IMG/VR virus record: IMGVR_UViG_3300027819_000001
Location: 17,541 to 81,540 of that record
Origin: a virus
Taxonomy: Duplodnaviria; Caudoviricetes
Direction: 5' to 3' (one strand)
Length of the DNA: 64,000 nucleotides
Part shown: positions 57,590 through 64,000 of the stretch, piece after piece
How positions within the stretch are numbered: the stretch's first letter is position 1
Layout of the letters: each line of letters opens with the position of its first letter
Translations under genes and position numbers: made by a program
The notes under the pieces: generated by a model
The model's database searches: none
What the model was told of the DNA's origin: nothing
Seen by the model: the letters and a program-made list of their open reading frames with translations, nothing else

Positions 57590-59071
57590 ATGAACCTTAA
57601 ACCCTACCGAAATGCTGGGGTACCGATACTCGCTATCGAGACGGCGGACCCTGGGGCGTTGATTAAGAGCGCGGTACGATCGCTGAACGGCAAGAGCAAC
57701 GTAACGCCTGTGATGCAATGGGACATTGTTAACGGGCTTACGGGGTTGAATGACCCTGGGAACGAGCTTGCGAGACAGGTTGGTCCGAATGGTGCGCTCG
57801 ATACTGGCAACCCTACCGAGTGCCTGTCCAAGCTGTGTGCGGATGGGACAGAACAGGCTATAACGTTCTTTCACATGGCCGGGAGGTTCCTGGATAACCC
57901 ATCGCTGGTACAGGCCGTTTGGCTCTGCCGGGATGCATTCAAGGCTCGGGCTTGCACCTTGGTGCTGCTCGGGCCGTCGTTCGTACTCCCTGAGGAGTTG
58001 AAACATGACGTGGTGGTGGTGACCGAGCCATTGCCTGATGCGGCTGAGATAGGCCGTATCGCGTCACAATTGGTCCAGGACGCATCTTTACCGGAGATGG
58101 GTGCCGAGATGGTGGTCAAGGTGACAGAATCGCTCCTGGGGCTTTCTGCGTTTGCGGCTGAGCAGTGCTTGGCTTTGAGCTTGACCAAGGCGAACGGTAT
58201 CGACCTGGTGGCATTGAGGGAGCGGCGCCGGTCGTTTCTTCAACAGTTGGCCGGGATTGAGGTTCGGCGTGATTCGATCACCTTTGCGGACATTGCTGGG
58301 TACGACAACGTGAAGGATGCGCTGAGCCGGAAGATCAAAGGGAAACGGCCACCCGGCTTGATTCTCTGGGTCGATGAGATGGAGAGAGCGGTTGCTGGCA
58401 GCCAGGGGGACACGTCCGGTGTGACGCAAGACCAGGTTGGCACGTTGTTGACTTGGATGCAAGACAAGCTGAATGCGGATAAGCTGTCCGCGATGCTCTG
58501 TATCGGCTTCCCTGGTACGGGAAAGAGTGCCATCAGCATGGCCCTACGGAACGAGGCACAATGTGAGTGCCTACGGTTGGACATGGGAGCCATGAAGGGT
58601 TCACTCGTCGGCGAGAGTGAGAAGAAGGTCCGCCAGGTGCTCAAGACGGTGGACGCCATGGCCGGGAGTCACATCCTCATGATCGCAACCTGCAACTCGG
58701 TTGAAGGCTTGCCTGCCCCGTTCATAAGTCGATGCGCGTTCGGTTCCTACATGTTTGATTTGCCACGACAGGAGGAAATGATCAGCCTGTGGGAAATCAA
58801 GATGAAGAAGTACGGCATCGTGGATGGCAAACCGCCGTTGGTTCTGTCTACCGGTTGGACAGGTCGAGAGATACAGCAATGCTGCTTCCTTGCGGATGAC
58901 CTGCAAATCACATTGGCCGAAGCGGCCAAGTACATCGCTCCGTTCTGCAAGAGTGGGGCGGCTGAGATCGAGACATTGAGAAACCAAGCCCATGGCCGGT
59001 GGATCAGTGCAAGTGCGCCTGGGATCTATCGGAAGGATGAGGCCAAGACAGGAAGGAGGATGATGGAATGA
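57590..59071 (+). CDS. Ycf46-like AAA+ ATPase with a permuted ATPase domain (Walker B block before Walker A block)
   Basis: Order in sequence: ILWVDE (58373) ... LLTWMQDK, then GFPGTGKS (58505), LDMG...GSLVGESE, then IATCN (sensor 1, 58694). Confidence 0.9.
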   Translation: MNLKPYRNAGVPILAIETADPGALIKSAVRSLNGKSNVTPVMQWDIVNGLTGLNDPGNELARQVGPNGALDTGNPTECLSKLCADGTEQAITFFHMAGRFLDNPSLVQAVWLCRDAFKARACTLVLLGPSFVLPEELKHDVVVVTEPLPDAAEIGRIASQLVQDASLPEMGAEMVVKVTESLLGLSAFAAEQCLALSLTKANGIDLVALRERRRSFLQQLAGIEVRRDSITFADIAGYDNVKDALSRKIKGKRPPGLILWVDEMERAVAGSQGDTSGVTQDQVGTLLTWMQDKLNADKLSAMLCIGFPGTGKSAISMALRNEAQCECLRLDMGAMKGSLVGESEKKVRQVLKTVDAMAGSHILMIATCNSVEGLPAPFISRCAFGSYMFDLPRQEEMISLWEIKMKKYGIVDGKPPLVLSTGWTGREIQQCCFLADDLQITLAEAAKYIAPFCKSGAAEIETLRNQAHGRWISASAPGIYRKDEAKTGRRMME

Positions 59072-59262
59072 ACGCATATCGTTTCGACTTCCTGACCAAC
59101 TGTTCAGAGTGCGGTTCACGCATCTATCGGTGCGACAAGCTGAGAATCGAGATGGACGGTTACATGTTCTGCTCCAAGTCGTGCAAGTGGATGAACGACA
59201 GGAGGGAGGCACACGCTCGCCACTGGCAAGCTTCCGTCTGCGACGCTGACTATATACCCTGA
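59068..59262 (+). CDS. Small Cys-rich (TRASH/zinc-finger-like) protein
   Basis: CSEC...FCSKSC. Confidence 0.55.
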   Translation: MNAYRFDFLTNCSECGSRIYRCDKLRIEMDGYMFCSKSCKWMNDRREAHARHWQASVCDADYIP

Positions 59263-59344
59263 TTCCCCCGTTGTGGCCCTACGCGGGGCCACTCCGGAGC
59301 AATCAAGCACCCGGTGCGCCGCCGTTACGGCGCGATAAAATATG
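59263..59344 (+). promoter_or_regulatory. Early-gene leader (degenerate, no RBS copy)
   Basis: CGTT-GTGGCCC..GGGCCAC-TCCGGAGCAATCAAGC; shares CCGGAGCAATCAAGC with the 59711 copy. Confidence 0.55.
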
Positions 59345-59710
59345 CAAGTGAAATCATTAGTTGACCTGTGCAAACGCGATGGAGAATTGGGGACACACAA
59401 CCGGGTTGAGCGCCTTACGCGCTACGCCGCAATGGTTGGGTGGGATAGCTTCGGGTCCCACTACAAGGAGTCCGATCCCACCGACGTTCCGGCTGATGTG
59501 GTCCGGCAGATACTCGCGCTCGACTACGCCGAGCGGTAGACGGACAATCTGGCAGAGATGGGCCGTCAGATGGGCAAGATACATGTCTCGGTGCCGTCCA
59601 ACGTCAACGTCTGGCAGCACCTCAAGGGTGAGCAGATCATGGCGGGCGCGGCCCGGCAATTGGCGGATGCCGCGAAGCTGCTCACCGAGGTCACCGAGGT
59701 AGCGCGATAG
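59342..59710 (+). pseudogene. Early ORF with an in-frame TAG at 59537-59539
   Basis: Frame continues TDNLAEMGRQ...TEVAR to a TAG that abuts the next leader element. Confidence 0.5.
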
Positions 59711-59780
59711 TTTCGTTCTGGCGTCACACCGTGGCGCTAGACCGGAGCAATCAAGCTTCAGAAGAAAGGATTACCACATG
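59711..59780 (+). promoter_or_regulatory. Early-gene three-way-junction leader
   Basis: TTTCGTT-CTGGCGTCAC..GTGGCGCTAG-ACC-GGAGC..GCTTC-AGAAGAAAGGATTACCAC-ATG. Confidence 0.7.
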
Positions 59781-59984
59781 ACACAGGACATCAAGAGGAA
59801 CATGGCTTTCCAGATCGGAGAGAAGCTGACCAACGAACCTGACCCACGGGACAAGGATATGTGGTTGGTGTGGCGGGTTCGCAAGGGTGACGTGACGCTG
59901 CTGGGAGCGTACGAGGCTTGGAACAAGCGGATCGCTGAATGGAACGCCGAATGGCAGAAGGAGCTTGGAGGACACATTGAGTGA
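59778..59984 (+). CDS. Hypothetical early protein
   Basis: Conserved leader/RBS. Confidence 0.6.
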   Translation: MTQDIKRNMAFQIGEKLTNEPDPRDKDMWLVWRVRKGDVTLLGAYEAWNKRIAEWNAEWQKELGGHIE

Positions 59985-60546
59985 CGGGGCGGCTGATCCT
60001 GCTTCGCTGCTGAGGCGAGCCCAAGCGATTGAGCGTGCAAGAGAGAGTCCATACAATTATTTCAGCGGGAGGCTTAAAACGCCTCCAGAGGAAGAGACGC
60101 GCATCCGCAGCGAGCTTGAGATCATCAAGCAGGACTACGCGGCGAAGCGGACGTTCACAACGACCTGGGTGCCATTCTATCTACCAAGCGGCAAGGTTGC
60201 TGTGAAAGTAGGCAATGAAGACGTTCGTGTTTTTGAGGACAAAAAGGACTATCCGGCTATGGATTATGCGCTTGATTTCTGCGCTCGGAACCGTCCGGTG
60301 CGTGACGACTCACCCAAGCCGAACCAATGGGAGAACCTGTTTCCAAGTGATAGATCACAACCATTATCGACGGGGAATCCGTTAGAGGTTTTTGGCTTGG
60401 TTGGTTACGATTCTGGCGGTGAGCAAGCTGCACGGGATAGAGTCCGTGCCAGGCTTGAGGCCAGAAAGAGGCAAGAGCCCAAGCCGAAGTCGAAGCCCAA
60501 GCGGGATCCTCTTGAGAGGGTATATCGCAAGTTCAACCTGGAATGA
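59965..60546 (+). CDS. Hypothetical early protein
   Basis: Collinear ORF; start uncertain. Confidence 0.5.
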   Translation: MEDTLSDGAADPASLLRRAQAIERARESPYNYFSGRLKTPPEEETRIRSELEIIKQDYAAKRTFTTTWVPFYLPSGKVAVKVGNEDVRVFEDKKDYPAMDYALDFCARNRPVRDDSPKPNQWENLFPSDRSQPLSTGNPLEVFGLVGYDSGGEQAARDRVRARLEARKRQEPKPKSKPKRDPLERVYRKFNLE

Positions 60547-60549
60547 TTT

Positions 60550-60804
60550 ATGAGACAACTGACATACGGAGATTGTAATCGAATCGCGGTTGCTCTTGGG
60601 TTATCGCCCGGAGAGTGGCATGGCCGGGATGACGACGCCCGAGGGCTGGCCTTCACGGTCTGCGGCGGCGAGTTGACGGATGGCTCCAAGCCGCCGCCTT
60701 GGCTTGGCCGCATGAACGGCTGGCATGTTGAGGAGATCGCCAAGGAAGCCATTGAACGCCATGCCGTTGAGCGGGTTGGCCGATACGGATGGAAAGCTTT
60801 ATGA
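60550..60804 (+). CDS. Hypothetical early protein
   Basis: Collinear ORF. Confidence 0.5.
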   Translation: MRQLTYGDCNRIAVALGLSPGEWHGRDDDARGLAFTVCGGELTDGSKPPPWLGRMNGWHVEEIAKEAIERHAVERVGRYGWKAL

Positions 60805-60929
60805 ATGCATGACGTGCCGGTGCGCCTCACCGGATGAGCGTGTAGAGCAGAACGGCCATAGCGCCTAAGCCAACGACATGAATGCAGATGAACCCTGAAC
60901 AAAAAGGATACGCCTTGAAAAAGACCTAG

Positions 60930-61006
60930 CCGTTCTCTCACTGGTAGCACTGCCAGTGAGAGACCGGAGCGGTTGCTCCAAAACAACGAAAGGAAAATAC
61001 CATATG
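60930..61006 (+). promoter_or_regulatory. Early-gene three-way-junction leader
   Basis: CCGTT-CTCTCACTGG..CCAGTGAGAG-ACC-GGAGC..GCTCC-AACGAAAGGAAAATACCAT-ATG. Confidence 0.75.
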
Positions 61007-61216
61007 AGCGAAGAACAAGCAGTGGAGTGGGTCTACGACCAGGACGAATCCGAATCGCATGACGCAAATGATCCCTGGTGGGATGATCTGGAACGGGCAT
61101 TCGTGGCAATCGTCGGACGGAAGCCAACAGCGCAGGAGGAACAGGAAGGAGTCTGGTCGCACCTTTGCGCCATGACGCCGAACTGTGGCACACGCCCAGA
61201 AACGGAGGTCGCATGA
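61004..61216 (+). CDS. Hypothetical acidic early protein
   Basis: Conserved leader/RBS. Confidence 0.6.
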   Translation: MSEEQAVEWVYDQDESESHDANDPWWDDLERAFVAIVGRKPTAQEEQEGVWSHLCAMTPNCGTRPETEVA

Positions 61217-61337
61217 ACATTTTAGCCCACCTAAGCACGACGCCGCACGGACACCCCGGCGAGATCGTGATCATCATTGTCGGATACGCCCTGGCGGCGG
61301 TTGCGCTCGCCTGGTGCTTTCGGAGAGGAGTGAAGCG

Positions 61338-61568
61338 ATGAACGATCCACTCAAAGTCCGCGCCGCCGATGGCAATTATGTGCTGGACGGCGATGACGTG
61401 GTGACAGACACCACGGGCGACAACGACCGATGCAACGCAATTGCGGCCATGCACGGTATGAACTACGTGAAAATCTTACGGAGGGCGTTGGAAACCCTTC
61501 CAGCGGTGTTCACGTTTCGACAGTTCGCAACTGCGTGTGAATCCATTTCCAATGAGGAGGGATTTTAA
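61338..61568 (+). CDS. Hypothetical early protein
   Basis: ATGA-coupled. Confidence 0.5.
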   Translation: MNDPLKVRAADGNYVLDGDDVVTDTTGDNDRCNAIAAMHGMNYVKILRRALETLPAVFTFRQFATACESISNEEGF

Positions 61569-61570
61569 CT

Positions 61571-61867
61571 ATGCCATGCTGGACAGCTACAATGGCTACC
61601 GTGAACTTAAAAGTGGCGGACCTTGACCTGCTGGAAGCAGCGTTTAAGGAGATGAATCTCAATCCGGTGCGCCAAGGCGAAGTGATCTACTTCGGCCAAC
61701 GAGGAGAAAGTTTCAACAAATCGACTGGAGAATTACGGGTACGATCGGAGCAGTCCGTTGCACCCATCAAGCGCGCTTACAGCCGCCAAATCGTGAAGAA
61801 AGCTGAGCGGTACGGCTGGAAGGTGGTCGATAAAGGACAAGGGAAATTCGAGCTTTTGAAAAGGTAA
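61571..61867 (+). CDS. DUF1257 (Ycf35)-like protein
   Basis: V.L...D.DLL..A..EM.L ... IKRAYS..IV..A..YGW.V pattern. Confidence 0.6.
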   Translation: MPCWTATMATVNLKVADLDLLEAAFKEMNLNPVRQGEVIYFGQRGESFNKSTGELRVRSEQSVAPIKRAYSRQIVKKAERYGWKVVDKGQGKFELLKR

Positions 61868-61871
61868 CCCT

Positions 61872-62078
61872 ATGCCAGACAAAATCACGGTGACTGTGCT
61901 CGAAAACGGGCAACTGAAGATCGAGACCGATACAATAAGTCTCGGGAACCATGTTTTGGCCGAACGCCTATTACAGGAACTCTGCACACTCGCAGGCGGC
62001 GAGGTAACGCGGAAGAACAAGAAAGGCTATGCGGAGCACTCGCACGGCCAGGGACAAGGATTCCATGCACACCACTGA
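61872..62078 (+). CDS. DUF2997-like protein with a His-rich tail
   Basis: ITVTVLENGQLKIETD.....H..AE.L..L..LAGG..TR pattern; follows the DUF1257-like gene. Confidence 0.6.
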   Translation: MPDKITVTVLENGQLKIETDTISLGNHVLAERLLQELCTLAGGEVTRKNKKGYAEHSHGQGQGFHAHH

Positions 62079-62088
62079 ACAAACGGTC

Positions 62089-62319
62089 ATGAAGGAGAAG
62101 ATCGAACTTGTGAACGATTTCCATGGCACCTACGCCAATGTTGTAGTGCCTTGGACAGGTTCATCGGTCCACTTCATTTCGAGATCAACATTCAATCGAG
62201 TCCGGCGTGCCCTTTGCGGGATGCTGGATTGCCAATGCGGCCAGACCAATGGCCGAGTCACGATGCACGCCGATTACGAAGGCCAACGCGGAAAGTTCGC
62301 CATCATTCGCCACTCATGA
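62089..62319 (+). CDS. Hypothetical early protein
   Basis: L.NDFH.T...R..R.LCG..DC.CG motif. Confidence 0.55.
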   Translation: MKEKIELVNDFHGTYANVVVPWTGSSVHFISRSTFNRVRRALCGMLDCQCGQTNGRVTMHADYEGQRGKFAIIRHS

Positions 62320-62507
62320 TCCCAACCCTGACCGATCACATCCCCGAGTGCGAGCAGTGCTTCGCGGCGTACCACCGGACAGGTGAGTACTGCAACGAGG
62401 GCAAGCGCCTCATGGACAAGCACACCGTGGTGATGGTCGTGCAACACACGAAGTTCCTTGAGGAGATGAAGGACCGGGAGTTCGTGGAACCGAAAAGTTT
62501 TGCTTAA
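62316..62507 (+). CDS. Small His/Cys protein
   Basis: H..EC.QC...YC.EG. Confidence 0.5.
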   Translation: MIPTLTDHIPECEQCFAAYHRTGEYCNEGKRLMDKHTVVMVVQHTKFLEEMKDREFVEPKSFA

Positions 62508-62683
62508 GCCGTTGCATAGCGGTCTCTTGGCAACAGTGCCCACACGGTGTGCTGTAAAAGGGTGAAAACCCCAACCGTGCCACCTTAGTCCGATGACAAA
62601 CGCTGTCCAGAATGCCAATGGACAGCGCCGTCAACGGAAGCAGTAAACAAATCCGTTGTAAACAGAAGGAAATACCACAGATG
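62508..62683 (+). ncRNA. Long structured leader/ncRNA ending in the conserved RBS
   Basis: At least 5 hairpins, including GGGT-GAAA-ACCC, CGCTGTCCA/TGGACAGCG and CAACGGA/TCCGTTG; possible pseudoknot CACGGT/ACCGTG. Confidence 0.55.
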
Positions 62684-62824
62684 AAGATCATCAACATAAC
62701 TCCAGCGATGGAGAAGGAATACCTGGCTGGAACATTGCCGGGATTCCTATCGTGCAATCCAAACTTCGGAATGGCTCATCTTATCGAGGTGACAGTCTGG
62801 CCAGTGGAAGGCGGTGCTCTGTGA
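62681..62824 (+). CDS. Small early protein (47 aa)
   Basis: Conserved RBS; GTGA overlap with the next gene. Confidence 0.55.
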   Translation: MKIINITPAMEKEYLAGTLPGFLSCNPNFGMAHLIEVTVWPVEGGAL

Positions 62825-63738
62825 AGACCGTCGATGTTAACCTTTTCCGCGATGCCGTGGCGTTCACGATGACGCTGCGCAAATGGGGCAACCGCCGTTC
62901 GGGCGACATGGCCAAGGTTGAGATGGACGCCAGCAAGTCCCGGTTCAAACTCTCCAAGCAGTTGGTTGAGAGTCCTGAGTTGGACGCGATCAACCAACAC
63001 CAAGGCGAGGTCTACAAATGGTGCCTGGAACGGAGCGTTCCAAGCTTCTTCAAGGACGGGCTCTACCTGGTCCGGTTGTCGGAGGTCGAAAACTTCGAAG
63101 CCAAGCTCAAAGAGGAGACGGCCAAGATGCAGGCGCTGATCAAGGACTTCTGCGATGCCTATCCTAAGCGCAAGGATGAGGCAAGAGCGGCTTTGAACGG
63201 CCAATACAGGGAGGATGACTACCCGACCGTTGAGGACATGCCTGGGCGGTTTTCCATCACCTGGAACTGGATCGCCTTTGGTGTCCCGGAGAACCTGCCT
63301 GCTGAGCTTCGGGCTTCTGAGGCTGCAAAGATCGAGCAGCAATTCAAGGACGCTGAAACCGAGATCATGTCCGCTCTTCGGGAAGGGTTCGGCAAGATCG
63401 TCAAGCACGTCACCGATCGGTTGGGTGAGGAGACCAAGGACGGCGAGAAGAAGCCGAAGATATTCCGTGACACCCTGTTCGAGGACATGACGACTTTCGT
63501 CACAACGTTCTCTGCCAGGAACCTAGTGAACGACACCGAGCTTGAGAAATGCGTCAAAGCTGCTCAGTCAATCCTCGCCAATGTTAGTGGCGGTGATGCC
63601 AAGAGTAAAGCTCAGGTGATTCGGGACTCCTCGCAGCTTCGGGCTCAGACAGCCGAAGCGTTCACCCTGCTAAAGTCCGCCGTCGATAAGACAATCGCGG
63701 ATAAACCCCAACGCAAGTTCAACTTCGACGACGAATAG
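62821..63738 (+). CDS. DUF3150-like protein
   Basis: W...R...K.L.SP.L..I...S.P....G.YLV...A...L...Y...DYP....RF.I.W pattern. Confidence 0.7.
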   Translation: MKTVDVNLFRDAVAFTMTLRKWGNRRSGDMAKVEMDASKSRFKLSKQLVESPELDAINQHQGEVYKWCLERSVPSFFKDGLYLVRLSEVENFEAKLKEETAKMQALIKDFCDAYPKRKDEARAALNGQYREDDYPTVEDMPGRFSITWNWIAFGVPENLPAELRASEAAKIEQQFKDAETEIMSALREGFGKIVKHVTDRLGEETKDGEKKPKIFRDTLFEDMTTFVTTFSARNLVNDTELEKCVKAAQSILANVSGGDAKSKAQVIRDSSQLRAQTAEAFTLLKSAVDKTIADKPQRKFNFDDE

Positions 63739-63744
63739 GATCAT

Positions 63745-64000
63745 ATGGAAATCACAATCAAAACACAGGCGGAATTGGACGCTCTACCTAAGGCGTTCAC
63801 GGAATATACGGTTCTCCGAATCGAGTCCACAGAGTGGATTACGGTCGTGGCGAGGGGGAACAGCAGGGTCGAGGCGTGGGAGAACAGCAGGGTCGAGGCG
63901 TGGGAGAACAGCACGGTCGTGGCGTGGGGGAACAGCACGGTCGTGGCGTGGGAGAACAGCAGGGTCGTGGCGTGGGAGAACAGCACGGTCGTGGCGTGGG
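63745..64000 (+). CDS. 8-aa-repeat (solenoid-like) protein, truncated by the window end
   Basis: MEITIKTQAELDALP... followed by (T/R)V(V/E)AW(E/G)NS repeats. Confidence 0.75.
   Translation, partial: MEITIKTQAELDALPKAFTEYTVLRIESTEWITVVARGNSRVEAWENSRVEAWENSTVVAWGNSTVVAWENSRVVAWENSTVVAW
63841..64000 (+). repeat. 24-bp tandem repeat, 6.7 copies visible
   Basis: Unit A(C/G)GGTCG(T/A)GGCG(T/A)GGG(A/G)GAACAGC. Confidence 0.95.

Noticed and set aside
23-60000. Many long antisense/overlapping ORFs in the six-frame track (e.g. 23..652, 25921..26865, 38881..39789, 56321..57292)
   Set aside because: They lie opposite well-supported genes in GC-rich DNA and lack motifs; treated as shadow ORFs.
62545-62585. 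Cobalamin riboswitch resemblance (AAAAGGG-TGAAAA-CCC...GCCAC)
   Set aside because: GGGAA junction and B12-box elements are missing; only a T-loop-like hairpin matches.
55110-62683. Integron attC array or HDV-like/hammerhead ribozymes
   Set aside because: No consistent RYYYAAC/GTTRRRY boxes and no integrase seen; loops lack HDV L3 or hammerhead CUGAUGA cores. Not excluded without computation.
63736-63747. TAG read-through fusing the DUF3150-like gene to the repeat protein (in frame)
   Set aside because: TAGGA doubles as the SD of the next ATG, which explains the spacing.
1-64000. Genome-wide TAG reassignment (genetic code 15)
   Set aside because: Large genes are intact under code 11, and several TAGs (59708, 15957, 46976) behave as true stops.
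63841-64000. CRISPR array or DGR template/variable repeat
   Set aside because: Contiguous in-frame 24-bp units with no spacers; no reverse transcriptase or cas genes in the window.

Overview
The window is an internal part of a large tailed dsDNA phage genome. It looks podovirus-like, because I see a nozzle gene but no tape measure or tail-tube genes. No host housekeeping genes and no integrase or polymerase are visible. 1-38 kb is mostly a minus-strand late region. It holds a tail fibre, nozzle and tail collar, then an ~11 kb glycan-modification cluster (GT-like enzymes, 2 FkbM methyltransferases, a radical SAM enzyme and a minimal split TPP-dependent E1alpha/E1beta pair). After that come an SMC/SbcC-like ATPase, an Ig-vWA protein, an adaptor-like protein fused to a purple-acid-phosphatase domain, major capsid, scaffold and portal, a divergently transcribed large terminase, and a putative lysis cassette. 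38-51.5 kb is a plus-strand recombination/replication region: SSAP-like protein, exonuclease, three tandem wHTH genes, an initiator with internal iterons, DnaC-like loader, DnaB, CCA/polyA-type nucleotidyltransferase head, KhpA-like KH protein, resolvase and gp37Gp68. 53.7-55.1 kb is a largely non-coding switch region with extreme GC-skew inversion and a G4 motif. 55-64 kb is an early region of small genes. Most striking observations: (1) early genes are organised as cassettes, each headed by a repeated structured leader (pyrimidine tract-hairpin-ACC-hairpin-AAGGAAAATACCAC-ATG) that fills the intergenic space from the previous stop codon; (2) a Ycf46-like AAA+ ATPase whose Walker B block precedes its Walker A block, near DUF1257-, DUF2997- and DUF3150-like genes; (3) a 73-nt tRNA-shaped element with non-canonical anticodon, D and T loops in a gene leader; (4) a second repeated AACGG/ACGG motif next to several start codons and promoters, including that of the KH protein. 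All family assignments come from motifs read by eye; no searches were run.
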